Part shown: positions 11,801-26,800 of the stretch, piece by piece
Numbering within the stretch: the stretch's first letter is position 1
Layout of the letters: each line of letters starts with the position of its first letter
Source: Balanoglossus misakiensis
Lineage: Eukaryota; Animalia; Hemichordata
Length of the DNA: 64,000 nt
Direction: 5' to 3'
Assembly: GCA_040954595.2 (NCBI GenBank)
Contig: CM082593.2
Location: 10,801,477 to 10,865,476 of the forward strand
Made by a program: the position numbers and the translations under genes
Notes under the pieces: generated by a model
Database searches by the model: none
What the model was told of the DNA's origin: nothing
Seen by the model: the letters and a program-made list of their open reading frames with translations, nothing else

Positions 11801-14800
11801 TTTCGATTTTTGAAAAATATCATTGGTGAAAATCATCAAAAAATGACAAATTTTGAAAAAAAAACGGGTGAAAATGATCAAAAAATGACACATTTACGAC
11901 TTTGCAAAATCTCAAATTTTCGTCGATTTTTGAAAAAAAATCATGGGTGAAAATCATCAAAAAATGAAAATTTTTCGTCTTTGCAAAATCTCAAAATTTC
12001 GTCCATTTTTGAAAAAAAAATCATGGGTAAAAATCATCAAAAATGACAAATTTTCGTCTTTGCAAAATCTCAAAATTTCGTCGATTTTTGAAGAAAATCA
12101 TGGGTGAAAATCATCAAAAAATGACAAATTTTCGACTTTGCAAAATCTCAAAATTTTTTCGATTTTTGAAAAATATCATCGGTGAAAATCATCAAAAAAT
12201 GACAAATTTTCGACTTTGCAAAATCTCAAAATTTCGTCGATTTTTGAAAAAAATCATGGGTGAAAATCATCAAAAAAATGACAAATTTTCGACGTTGCAA
12301 AATCTCAAAATTTTGTTGATTTTTGAAAAAAATCATAGGTGAAAATCATCAAAAAATGACAAATTTTCGACTTTGCAAAATCTCAAAATTTCGTCGATTT
12401 TTGAAGAAAATCATGGGTGAAAATCATCAAAAAACGACAAATTTTCGACTTTGCAAAATCTCAAAATTTTTTCGATTTTTGAAAAATATCATTGGTGAAA
12501 ATCATCAAAAAATGACAAATTTTGAAAAAAAAACGGGTGAAAATCATCAAAAAATGACACATTTTCGACTTTGCAAAATCTCAAAATTTTTTCGATTGTT
12601 GAAAAAAATCATCGGTGAAAATCATCAAAAAATGACAAATTTTCGACTTTGCAAAATCTCACAATTTCGTCGATTTTTGAAAAAAAATCATGGGTGAAAA
12701 TGCATCAAAAAATGAGAAATTTTCGACTTTGCAAAATCTCAAAATTTCGTCAATTTTGAAAAAAATCATGGGTGAAAATCATCAAAAAAATGACAAATTT
12801 TCGACGTTGCAAAATCTCAAAATTTTGTTGATTTTTGAAAAAAATCATAGGTGAAAATCATCAAAAAATGACAAATTTTCGACTTTGCAAAATCTCAAAA
12901 TTTCGTCGATTTTTGAAGAAAATCATGGGTGAAAATCATCAAAAAATGACAAATTTTCGACTTTGCAAAATCTCAAAATTTTTTCGATTTTTGAAAAATA
13001 TCATTGGTGAAAATCATCAAAAAATGACAAATTTTGAAAAAAAAACGGGTGAAAATCATCAAAAAATGACAAATTTTCATCTTTGCAAAATCTCAAAATT
13101 TCGTCCATTTCTGAAACAAAATTATGGGTAAAAATCATCAAAAATGACAAATTTTCATCTTTGCAAAATCTCAAAATTTCGTCGAGTTTTGAAAAAAATC
13201 ATGGGGGAAAATCATGAAAAAATGACAAATTTTCCTCTTTGCAAAATCTCAAAATTTCGTCGATTTTTAAAAAAAGACATGGGTGAAAATCATCAAAAAA
13301 TAACAAATTTTCGACTTTGCAAAATCTCAAAATTTCGTCCATTTTTGAAAAAAAATCATGGGTAAAAATCATCAAAAAATGACAAATTTTGAAAAAAAAA
13401 CGGGTGAAAATCATCAAAAAATGACACATTTTCGACTTTGCAAAATCTCAAAATTTCGTCGATTTTTGAAAAAAAATCATGGGTGAAAATCATCAAAAAA
13501 TGACAAATTTTCGTCTTTGCAAAATCTCAAATTTTGTCCATTTCTGAAAAAAAATTATAGGTAAAAATCTTCAAAAATGACAAATTTTCATCTTTGCAAA
13601 ATCTCAAATTTTCGTCAATTTTTGAAAAAAATCATGGTTGAAAATCATCAAAAAATGACAAAATTTTCGACTTTGCAAAATCTCAAAATTTCGTCGATTT
13701 TTGAAAAAAATCATGGGGGAAAATCATGAAAAAATGACAAATTTTCCTCTTTGCAAAATCTCAAAATTTCGTCGATTTTTGAAAAAAAATCATGGGTGAA
13801 AATCATCAAAAAATGACAAATTTTCGTCTTTGCAAAATCTCAAATTTTCGTCGATTTTTGAAAAAAAATCATGGTTGAAAATCATCAAAAAATGACAAAA
13901 TTTTCGACTTTGTAAAATCACAAAATTTCGTCGATTTTGAAAAAAATCATAGGTTCGTCGATTTTTTAAAAAAAAACATGGGTGAAAATCATCAAAAAAT
14001 GACAAATTTTGAAAAAAAAACGGGTGAAAATCATCAAAAAATGACACATTTTCGACTTTGCAAAATCTCAAAATTTCGTCGATTTTTGAAAAAAAAACGG
14101 GTGAAAATCATCAAAAAATGACAAATTTTGAAAAAAAAAACGGGTGAAAATCATCAAAAAATGACACATTTTCGACTTTGTAAAATCACAAAATTTCGTC
14201 GATTTTGAAAAAAATCATAGGTTCGTCGATTTTTAAAAAAAAAACATGGGTGAAAATCATCAAAAAATGACAAATTTTGAAAAAAAAACGGGTGAAAATC
14301 ATCAAAAAATGACACATTTACGACTTTGCAAAATCTTAAAATTTCGTCGATTTTTGAAAAAAAATCATGGGTGAAAATCATCAAAAAATGACAAATTTTC
14401 GTCTTTGCAAAATCTCAAAATTTCGTCCATTTTTGAAAAAAAATCATGGGTGAAAATCATCAAAAAATGACAAATTTTCGTCTTTGCAAAATCTCAAAAT
14501 TTCGTCCATTTTTGAAAAAAAAATCATGGGTAAAAATCATCAAAAATGACAAAATTTCGTCTTTGCAAAATCTCAAATTTTCGTCGATTTTTGAAAAAAA
14601 AATCATGGTTGAAAATCATCAAAAAATGACAAAATTTTCGACTTTGTAAAATCACAAAATTTCGTCGATTTTGAAAAAAATCATAGGTTCGTCGATTTTT
14701 TAAAAAAAAACATGGGTGAAAATCATCAAAAAATGACAAATTTAAAAAAAAACGGGTGAAAATCATCAAAAAATGACACATTTACGACTTTGCAAAATCT

Positions 14801-17800
14801 CAAAATTTCGTCGATTTTTGAAAAAAAATCATGGGTGAAAATCATCAAAAAATGACAAATTTTCGTCTTTGCAAAATCTCAAAATTTCGTCCATTTTTGA
14901 AAAAAAATCATGGGTAAAAATCATCAAAAATGACAAATTTTCGTCTTTGCAAAATCTCAAACTTTCGTCCATTTTTAAAAAACAATCATGGGGGAAAATC
15001 ATCAAAAAATGACAAATTTTCGATTTTGCAAAATCTCAAAATTTCGTCGATTTTTGAAAAAAAATGTGTGAAAATCATCAAAAAATGACACATTTTCGTC
15101 GACTTTGCAAAATCTCAAAATTTCGTCGATTTTTGAAAAAAATCATGGGGGAAAATCATGAAAAAATGACAAATTTTCGACTTTGCAAAATCTCAAAATT
15201 TCGTCAATTTTGAATAAAAATCATGGGTGAAAATCATCAAAAAATGACAAATTTTCGACTTTGCAAAATCTCACAATTTCGTCGATTTTTGAAAAAAAAT
15301 CATGGGTGAAAATGCACCAAAAAATGAGAAATTTTCGACTTTGCAAAATCTCAAAATTTCGTCAATTTTGAAAAAAATCATGGGTGAAAATCATCAAAAA
15401 ATGACAAATTTTCGACTTTGCAAAATCTCAAAATTTCGTCGATTTTTGAAAAAAATCATGGGTGAAAATCATCAAAAAAATGACAAATTTTCGACTTTGC
15501 AAAATCTCAAAATTTCGTCGATTTTTGAAGAAAATCATGGGTGAAAATCATCAAAAAATGACAAATTTTCGACTTTGCAAAATCTCAAAATTTTTACGAT
15601 TGTTGAAAAAAATCATCGGTGAAAATCATCAAAAAATGACAAATTTTCGACTTTGCAAAATCTCAAAATTTCGTCGATTTTTGAAGAAAAAACGGGTGAA
15701 AATCATCAAAAAATGACACATTTACGACTTTGCAAAATCTCAAAATTTCGTCGATTTTTGAAAAAAAATCATGGGTGAAAATCATCAAAAAATGACAAAT
15801 TTTGAAAAAAAAACGGGTGAAAATCATCAAAAAATGACATATTTACGACTTTGCAAAATCTCAAAATTTCGTCGATTTTTGAAAAAAAAACGGGTGAAAA
15901 TCATCAAAAAATGACACATTTACGACTTTGCAAAATCTCAAAATTTCGTCGATTCTTGAAAAAAAATCATGGGTGAAAATCATCAAAAAATGACAAATTT
16001 TCGATTTTGCAAAATCTCAAAATTTCGTCGATTTTTGAAAAAAAACGGGTGAAAATCATCAAAAAATGACACATTTTCGTCGACTTTGCAAAATCTCAAA
16101 ATTTCGTCGATTTTTGAAAAAAATCATGGGGGAAAATCATGAAAAAAATGACAAATTTTCCTCTTTGCAAAATCTCAAAATTTCGTCGATTTTTAAAAAA
16201 AGACATGGGTGAAAATCATCAAAAAATAACAAATTTTCGACTTTGCAAAATCTCAAAATTTCGTCCATTTTTGAAAAAAAATCATGGGTAAAACTCATCA
16301 AAAAATGACAAATTTTGAAAAAAAACGGGTGAAAATCATCAAAAAATGACACATTTTCGACTTTGTAAAATCTCAAAATTTCGTCGATTTTTGAAAAAAA
16401 ATCATGGGTGAAAATCATCAAAAAATGACAAATTTTCGTCTTTGCAAAATCTCAAAATTTCGTCCATTTCTGAAAAAAAATTATGGGTAAAAATCATCAA
16501 AAATGACAAATTTTCATCTTTGCAAAATCTCAAATTTTCGTCGATTTTTGAAAAAAATCATGGTTGAAAATCATCAAAAAATGACAAAATTTTCGACTTT
16601 GCAAAATCTCAAAATTTCGTCGATTTTTGAAAAAAATCATGGGGGAAAATCATGAAAAAATGACAAATTTTCTTCTTTGCAAAATCTCAACATTTCGTCA
16701 ATTTTTGAAAAAATCATGGGTGAAAATCATCAAAAAATGACAAATTTTCGACTTTGCAAAATCTCAACATTTCGTCAATTTTTGAAAAAATCATGGGTGA
16801 AAATCATCAAAAAATGACAAATTTTCGACTTTGCAAAATCTCAAAATTTCGTCGATTTTTGAAAAAAATCATGGGGGAAAATCATGAAAAAATGACAAAT
16901 TTTCCTCTTTGCAAAATCTCAAATTTTCGTCGATTTTTGAAAAAAAATCATGGTTGAAAATCATCAAAAAATGACAAAATTTTCGACTTTGTAAAATCAC
17001 AAAATTTCGTCGATTTTGAAAAAAATCATAGGTTCGTCGATTTTTTAAAAAAAAACATGGGTGAAAATCATCAAAAAATGACAAATTTTGAAAAAAAACG
17101 GGTGAAAATCATCAAAAAATGACACATTTTCGACTGCAAAATCTCAAAATTTCGTCAGTTTTGAAAAAAATCATGGTCGAAAATCATCAAATAATGACAA
17201 TTTTTTTACTGCAAAATCTCAAAATTTCATCGATTTTTGAAAAAAATCATGGGTGAAAATCATCAAAAAATGACAAATTTTCGACTTTGCAAAATCTCAA
17301 AATTTCGTCGATTTTTGAAGAAAATCAAGGGTGAAAATCATCAAAAAATGACAAATTTTCCTCTTTGCAAAATCTCAAAATTTCGTCGATTTTTAAAAAA
17401 AGACATGGGTGTAAATCATCAAAAAATAACAAATTTTCGACTTTGCAAAATCTCAAAATTTCGTCGATTTTTGAAAAAAATCATGTGTGAAAATCATTAA
17501 AAAATGACAAATTTTCGACTTTGCAAAATCTCAAAATTTCGTCAATTTTTGAAAAAATCATGGGTGAAAATCATCAAAAAATGACAAATTTTCGTCTTTG
17601 CAAAATCTCAAAATTTCGTCCATTTTTGAAAAAAAAATCATGGGTAAAAATCATCAAAAATGACAAAATTTCGTCTTTGCAAAATCTCAAATTTTCGTCG
17701 ATTTTTGAAAAAAAAATCATGGTTGAAAATCATCAAAAAATGACAAAATTTTCGACTTTGTAAAATCACAAAATTTCGTCGATTTTGAAAAAAATCATAG

Positions 17801-20800
17801 GTTCGTCGATTTTTTAAAAAAAAACATGGGTGAAAATCATCAAAAAATGACAAATTTAAAAAAAAACGGGTGAAAATCATCAAAAAATGACACATTTACG
17901 ACTTTGCAAAATCTCAAAATTTCGTCGATTTTTGAAAAAAAATCATGGGTGAAAATCATCAAAAAATGACAAATTTTCGTCTTTGCAAAATCTCAAAATT
18001 TCGTCCATTTTTGAAAAAAAATCATGGGTAAAAATCATCAAAAATGACAAATTTTCGTCTTTGCAAAATCTCAAACTTTCGTCCATTTTTAAAAAACAAT
18101 CATGGGGGAAAATCATCAAAAAATGACAAATTTTCGATTTTGCAAAATCTCAAAATTTCGTCGATTTTTGAAAAAAAATGTGTGAAAATCATCAAAAAAT
18201 GACACATTTTCGTCGACTTTGCAAAATCTCAAAATTTCGTCGATTTTTGAAAAAAATCATGGGGGAAAATCATGAAAAAATGACAAATTTTCGACTTTGC
18301 AAAATCTCAAAATTTCGTCAATTTTGAATAAAAATCATGGGTGAAAATCATCAAAAAATGACAAATTTTCGACTTTGCAAAATCTCACAATTTCGTCGAT
18401 TTTTGAAAAAAAATCATGGGTGAAAATGCACCAAAAAATGAGAAATTTTCGACTTTGCAAAATCTCAAAATTTCGTCAATTTTGAAAAAAATCATGGGTG
18501 AAAATCATCAAAAAATGACAAATTTTCGACTTTGCAAAATCTCAAAATTTCGTCGATTTTTGAAAAAAATCATGGGTGAAAATCATCAAAAAAATGACAA
18601 ATTTTCGACTTTGCAAAATCTCAAAATTTCGTCGATTTTTGAAGAAAATCATGGGTGAAAATCATCAAAAAATGACAAATTTTCGACTTTGCAAAATCTC
18701 AAAATTTTTACGATTGTTGAAAAAAATCATCGGTGAAAATCATCAAAAAATGACAAATTTTCGACTTTGCAAAATCTCAAAATTTCGTCGATTTTTGAAG
18801 AAAAAACGGGTGAAAATCATCAAAAAATGACACATTTTCCTCTTTGCAAAATCTCAAAATTTCGTCGATTTTTAAAAAAAGACATGGGTGAAAATCATCA
18901 AAAAATAACAAATTTTCGACTTTGCAAAATCTCAAAATTTCGTCCATTTTTGAAAAAAAATCATGGGTAAAACTCATCAAAAAATGACAAATTTTGAAAA
19001 AAAACGGGTGAAAATCATCAAAAAATGACACATTTTCGACTTTGCAAAATCTCAAAATTTCGTCAATTTTTGAAAAAATCATGGGTGAAAATCATCAAAA
19101 AATGACAAATTTTCGTCTTTGCAAAATCTCAAAATTTCGTCCATTTTAAAAAAAAAACGGGGGAAAATGATCAAAAAATGACAAATTTTCGACTGCAAAA
19201 TCTCAAAATTTCGTCAATTTTGAAAAAAATCATGGTCGAAAATCATCAAATAATGACAATTTTTTTACTGCAAAATCTCAAAATTTCATCGATTTTTGAA
19301 AAAAATCATGGGTGAAAATCATCAAAAAATGACAAATTTTCGACTTTGCAAAATCTGAAAATTTCGTCGATTTTTGAAAAAAATCATGGGTGAAAATCAT
19401 CAAAAAATGACAAATTTTCGACTTTGCAAAATCTCAAAATTTCGTCAATTTTTGAAAAAATCATGGGTGAAAATCATCAAAAAATGACAAATTTTCGTCT
19501 TTGCAAAATCTCAAAATTTCGTCGGTTTTTGAAAAATAATATGGGTGAAAATCATCAAAAAATGACAAATTTTCGACTTTGCAAAATCTCAAAATTTCGT
19601 CGGTTTTGAAAAAAATCATGGGTTCGTCGATTTTTTTAAATAAAAACATGGGTGAAAATCATCAAAAAATGACAAATGTTCGACTTTGCAAAATCTAAAA
19701 ATTTCGTCGATTTTTGAAAAAAAATCATGGGTGAAAATCATCAAAAAATGACAAATTTTCGTCTTTGCAAAATCTCAAAATTTCGTCCATTTTTGAAAAA
19801 AAATCATGGGTAAAAATCATCAAAAATGACAAATTTTCGTCTTTGCAAAATCTCAAATTTTCGTCGATTTTGAAAAAAATCATAGGTTCGTCGAATTTTT
19901 TTAAAAAAACATGGGTGAAAATCATCAAAAAATGACAAATTTTGAAAAAAAAACGGGTGAAAATCATCAAAAAATGACCTATTTTCGTCGACTTTGCAAA
20001 ATCTCAAAATTTCGTCGATTTTTGAAAAAAATCATGGGGGAAAATCATGAAAAAATGACATATTTTCCTCTTTGCAAAATCTCAAAATTTCGTCGATTTT
20101 TAAAAAAAGACATGGGTGAAAATCATCAAAAAATAACAAATTTTCGACTTTGCAAAATCTCAAAATTTCGTCCATTTTTGAAAAAAAATCATGGGTAAAA
20201 ATCATCAAAAAATGACAAATTTTCGTCTTTGCAAAATCTCACAATTTCGTCGATTTTTGAAAAAAATCATGTGTGAAAATCATCAAAAAATGACAAATTT
20301 TCGACTTTGCAAAATCTCAAAATTTCGTCAATTTTTGAAAAAATCATGGGTGAAAATCATCAAAAAATGACAAATTTTCGTCTTTGCAAAATCTCAACAT
20401 TTCGTCCATTTAAAAACAAAAACGGGGGAAAATCATCAAAAAATGACAAATTTTCGACTTTGCAAAATCTCAAAATTTCGTCGATTTTTGAAAAAAATCA
20501 TGGGTGAAAATCATCAAAAAATGACAAATTTTCGACTTTGCAAAATCTCAAAATTTCGTCAATTTTTGAAAAAATCATGGGTGAAAATCATCAAAAAATG
20601 ACAAATTTTCGACTTCGCAAAATCTCAAAATTTCGTCGATTTTTAAAAAAAGACATGGGTGAAAATCATCAAAAAATGACAAATTTTCGACTTTGTAAAA
20701 TCTCACAATTTCGTCGATTTTGAAAAAAATCATAGGTTCGTCGATTTTTTAAAAAAAAACATGGGTGAAAATATTCACAAAATGACAAATTTTGAAAAAA

Positions 20801-23800
20801 AAACGGGTGAAAATCATCAAAAAATGACACATTTTCGTCGACTTTGCAAAATCTCAAAATTTCGTCGATTTTGAAAAAAATCATAGGTTCGTCGATTTTT
20901 AAAAAAAAAACATGGGTGAAAATCATCACAAAATGACAAATTTTGAAAAAAAAAACGGGTGAAAATCATCAAAAAATGACAAATTTTCGACTTTGCAAAA
21001 TCTCAAAATTTCGTCAATTTTTGAAAAAATCATGGGTGAAAATCATCACAAAATGACAAATTTTGAAAAAAAAACGGGTGAAAATCATCAAAAAATGACA
21101 AATTTTCGTCTTTGCAAAATCTCAAAATTTCGTCCATTTAAAAAAAAAAACGGGGGAAAATCATCAAAAAATGACACATTTTCGACTTTGCAAAATCTCA
21201 AAATTTCGTCAATTTTTGAAAAAATCATTGATGAAAATCATCAAAAAATGACAAATTTTCGTCTTTGCAAAATCTCAAAATTTCGTCGGTTTTTAAAAAA
21301 TAATATGGGTGAAAACCATCAAAAAATGACAAATTTTTGACTGCAAAATCTCAACATTTAGTCGATTTTTGAAAAAAATCATGGGTGAAAATCATCAAAA
21401 AATGACAAATTTTCGACTTTGCAAAATCTCAAAATTTCGTCGGTTTTGAAAAAAATCATGGGTTCGTCGATTTTTTTAAATAAAAACATGGGTGAAAATC
21501 ATCAAAAAATGACAAATGTTCGACTTTGCAAAATCTCAAAATTTCGTCGATTTTGAAAAAAATCATAGGTTCGTCGATTTTTTAAAAAAAAACATGGGTG
21601 AAAATCATCACAAAATGACAAATTTTGAAAAAAAAAACGGGTGAAAATCATCAAAAAATGACACATTTACGACTTTGCAAAATCTCAAAATTTCGTCGAT
21701 TTTTGGAAAAAAACCATGGGTGAAAATCATGAAAAAATGACAAATTTTCCTCTTTGCAAAATCTCAAAATTTCGTCGATTTTTGAAAAAAAATCATGGGT
21801 GAAAATCATCACAAAATGACAAATTTTGAAAAAAAAACGGGTGAAAATCATCAAAAAATGACAAATTTTCGACTTTGCAAAATCTCAAAATTTCGTCGAT
21901 TTTTGAAAAAAATAATGGGGAAAATGATCAAAAAATGACAAATTTTCGACTGCAAAATTTCAAAATTTCGTCAATTTTGAAAAAATCATGGGTGAAAATC
22001 ATCAAAAAATGACAAATTTTCGACTGCAAAATCTCAAAATTTCGTCGATTTTTGAAAAAAATCATGGGTAAAAATCATCAAAAATGACAAATTTTCGTCT
22101 TTGCAAAATCTCAAACTTTCGTCCATTTTTAAAAAACAATCATGGGGGAAAATCATCAAAAAATGACAAATTTTCGATTTTGCAAAATCTCAAAATTTCG
22201 TCGATTTTTGAAAAAAAATGTGTGAAAATCATCAAAAAATGACACATTTTCGTCGACTTTGCAAAATCTCAAAATTTCGTCGATTTTTGAAAAAAATCAT
22301 GGGGGAAAATCATGAAAAAATGACAAATTTTCGACTTTGCAAAATCTCAAAATTTCGTCAATTTTGAATAAAAATCATGGGTGAAAATCATCAAAAAATG
22401 ACAAATTTTCGACTTTGCAAAATCTCACAATTTCGTCGATTTTGTTCACCAAAAAATGAGAAATTTTCGGCTTTGCAAAATCTCAAAATTTCGTCAATTT
22501 TGAAAAAAATCATGGGTGAAAATCATCAAAAAATGACAAATTTTCGACTTTGCAAAATCTCAAAATTTCGTCGATTTTTGAAGAAAATCATGGGTGAAAA
22601 TCATCAAAAAATGACAAATTTTCGACTTTGCAAAATCTCAAAATTGTTTCGATTGTTGAAAAAAATCATCGGTGAAAATCATCAAAAAATGACAAATTTT
22701 CGACTTTGCAAAATCTCAAAATTTTGTTGATTTTTGATAAAAATCATAGGTGAAAATCATCAAAAAATGACAAATTTTCGACTTTGCAAAATCTCAAAAT
22801 TTCGTCGATTTTTGAAGAAAATCATGGGTGAAAATCATCAAAAAATGACAAATTTTGAAAAAAAAACGGGTGAAAATCATCAAAAAATGACATATTTACG
22901 ACTTTGCAAAATCTCAAAATTTCGTCGATTTTTGAAAAAAACCCGGGTGAAAATCATCAAAAAATGACACATTTACGACTTTGCAAAATCTCAAAATTTC
23001 GTCGATTTTTGAAAAAAAATCATGGGTGAAAATCATCAAAAAATGACAAATTTTCGATTTTGCTAAATCTCAAAATTTCGTCGATTTTTGAAAAAAACGG
23101 GTGAAAATCATCAAAAAATGACACATTTTCGTCGACTTTGCAAAATCTCAAAATTTCGTCGATTTTTGAAGAAAATCATGGGTGAAAATCATCAAAAAAT
23201 TACAAATTTTCGACTTTGCAAAATCTCAAAATTTCGTCAATTTTGAAAAAAATCATCGGTGAAAATCATCAAAAAATTACAAATTTTTTACTGCAAAATC
23301 TCAAATTTTCGTCGATTTTTTAAAAAAATTGTTGAAAATCATCAAAAAATGACAAATTTTCCTCTCTTGCAAAATCTGAAAATTTCGTCGATTTTTGAGA
23401 AAAATCATGGGTGAAAATCAACAAAAAATGACAAATTTTCGACTTTGCAAAATCTCAAATTTTCGTCGATTTTTGAAAAAAATCATGGGGGAAAATGATC
23501 AAAAAATGACAAATTTTCGACTGCAAAATCTCAAAATTTCGTCAATTTTGAAAAAAATCATGGGTGAAAATCATGAAAAAATGACAATTTTTTTACTGCA
23601 AAATCTCAAAATTTCATCGATTTTTGAAAAAAATCATGGGTGAAAATCATCAAAAAATGACAAATTTTCGACTTTGCAAAATCTCAAAATTTCGTCGATT
23701 TTTGAAAAACAAAATCATGGGAAAAAATCTTCAAAAAATGACAAATTTTCGACTTTGCAAAATCTCAAAATTTCGTCGATTTTTGAAAAAAATAATGGGG

Positions 23801-26800
23801 AAAATGATCAAAAAATGACAAATTTTCGACTGCAAAATTTCAAAATTTCGTCAATTTTGAAAAAAATCATGGTCGAAAATCATCAAATAATGACAATTTT
23901 TTTACTGCAAAATCTCAAAATTTCATCGATTTTTGAAAAAAATCATGGGTGAAAATCATCAAAAAATGACAAATTTTCGACTTTGCAAAATCTCAAAATT
24001 TCGTCGATTTTTGAAGAAAATCAAGGGTGAAAATCATCAAAAAATGACAAATTTTCCTCTTTGCAAAATCTCAAAATTTCGTCGATTTTTAAAAAAAGAC
24101 ATGGGTGTAAATCATCAAAAAATAACAAATTTTCGACTTTGCAAAATCTCAAAATTTCGTCCATTTTTGAAAAAAAATCATGGGTAAAAATCATCAAAAA
24201 ATGACAAATTTTCGTCTTTGCAAAATCTCACAATTTCGTCGATTTTTGAAAAAAATCATGTGTGAAAATCATCAAAAAATGACAAATTTTCGACTTTGCA
24301 AAATCTCAAAATTTCGTCAATTTTTGAAAAAATCATGGGTGAAAATCATCAAAAAATGACAAATTTTCGTCTTTGCAAAATCTCAACATTTCGTCCATTT
24401 AAAAACAAAAACGGGGGAAAATCATCAAAAAATGACAAATTTTCGACTTTGCAAAATCTCAAAATTTCGTCAATTTTGAAAAAAATCATGGGTGAAAATC
24501 ATCAAAAAATGACAAATTTTCGACTTTGCAAAATCTCAAAATTTCGTCAATTTTTGAAAAAATCATGGGTGAAAATCATCAAAAAATGACAAATTTTCGA
24601 CTTTGCAAAATCTCAAAATTTCGTCAATTTTTGAAAAAATCATGGGTGAAAATCATCAAAAAATGACAAATTTTCGACTTTGCAAAATCTCAAAATTTCG
24701 TCAATTTTTGAAAAAATCATGGGTGAAAATCATCAAAAAATGACAAATTTTCGACTTCGCAAAATCTCAAAATTTCGTCGATTTTTAAAAAAAGACATGG
24801 GTGAAAATCATCAAAAAATGACAAATTTTCGACTTTGTAAAATCTCACAATTTCGTCGATTTTGAAAAAAATCATAGGTTCGTCGATTTTTTAAAAAAAA
24901 ACATGGGTGAAAATATTCACAAAATGACAAATTTTGAAAAAAAAACGGGTGAAAATCATCAAAAAATGACACATTTTCGTCGACTTTGCAAAATCTCAAA
25001 ATTTCGTCGATTTTGAAAAAAATCATAGGTTCGTCGATTTTTAAAAAAAAAACATGGGTGAAAATCATCACAAAATGACAAATTTTGAAAAAAAAACGGG
25101 TGAAAATCATCAAAAAATGACAAATTTTCGACTTTGCAAAATCTCAAAATTTCGTCAATTTTTGAAAAAATCATGGGTGAAAATCATCACAAAATGACAA
25201 ATTTTGAAAAAAAAACGGGTGAAAATCATCAAAAAATGACAAATTTTCGTCTTTGCAAAATCTCAAAATTTCGTCCATTTAAAAAAAAAAACGGGGGAAA
25301 ATCATCAAAAAATGACACATTTTCGACTTTGCAAAATCTCAAAATTTCGTCAATTTTTGAAAAAATCATTGATGAAAATCATCAAAAAATGACAAATTTT
25401 CGTCTTTGCAAAATCTCAAAATTTCGTCGGTTTTTAAAAAATAATATGGGTGAAAACCATCAAAAAATGACAAATTTTTGACTGCAAAATCTCAACATTT
25501 AGTCGATTTTTGAAAAAAATCATGGGTGAAAATCATCAAAAAATGACAAATTTTCGACTTTGCAAAATCTCAAAATTTCGTCGGTTTTGAAAAAAATCAT
25601 GGGTTCTTCGATTTTTTTAAATAAAAACATGGGTGAAAATCATCAAAAAATGACAAATGTTCGACTTTGCAAAATCTCAAAATTTCGTCAATTTTTGAAA
25701 ACAATCATGGGGGAAAATCATCAAAAAATGACAAATTTCGACTTTGTAAAATCTAACAATTTCGTCGATTTTGAAAAAAATCATAGGTTCGTCGATTTTT
25801 TAAAAAAAAACATGGGTGAAAATCATCACAAAATGACAAATTTTGAAAAAAAAACGGGTGAAAATCATCAAAAAATGACACATTTACGACTTTGCAAAAT
25901 CTCAAAATTTTGTCGATTTTTGGAAAAAAACCATGGGTGAAAATCATGAAAAAATGACAAATTTTCCTCTTTGCAAAATCTCAAAATTTCGTCGATTTTT
26001 GAAAAAATATCATGGGTGAAAATCATCACAAAATGACAAATTTTGAAAAAAAAACGGGTGAAAATCATCAAAAAATGACAAATTTTCGACTGCAAAATTT
26101 CAAAATTTCGTCAATTTTGAAAAAATCATGGGTGAAAATCATCAAAAAATGACAAATTTTCGACTGCAAAATCTCAAAATTTCGTCGATTTTTGAAAAAA
26201 AATCATGGGTAAAAATCATCAAAAATGACAAATTTTCGTCTTTGCAAAATCTCAAACTTTCGTCCATTTTTAAAAAACAATCATGGGGGAAAATCATCAA
26301 AAAATGACAAATTTTCGATTTTGCAAAATCTCAAAATTTCGTCGATTTTTGAAAAAAAATGTGTGAAAATCATCAAAAAATGACACATTTTCGTCGACTT
26401 TGCAAAATCTCAAAATTTCGTCGATTTTTGAAAAAAATCATGGGGGAAAATCATGAAAAAATGACAAATTTTCGACTTTGCAAAATCTCAAAATTTCGTC
26501 AATTTTGAATAAAAATCATGGGTGAAAATCATCAAAAAATGACAAATTTTCGACTTTGCAAAATCTCACAATTTCGTCGATTTTGTTCACCAAAAAATGA
26601 GAAATTTTCGGCTTTGCAAAATCTCAAAATTTCGTCAATTTTGAAAAAAATCATGGGTGAAAATCATCAAAAAATGACAAATTTTCGACTTTGCAAAATC
26701 TCAAAATTTCGTCGATTTTTGAAAAAAATCATGGGTGAAAATCATCAAAAAAATGACAAATTTTCGACTTTGCAAAATCTCAAAATTTCGTCAATTTTTG

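Noticed and set aside
15869-15897. CENP-B box in monomers containing TTCG and CGGG
   Set aside because: The spacing between TTCG and CGGG is far longer than the 7 nt of TTCGnnnnAnnCGGG.
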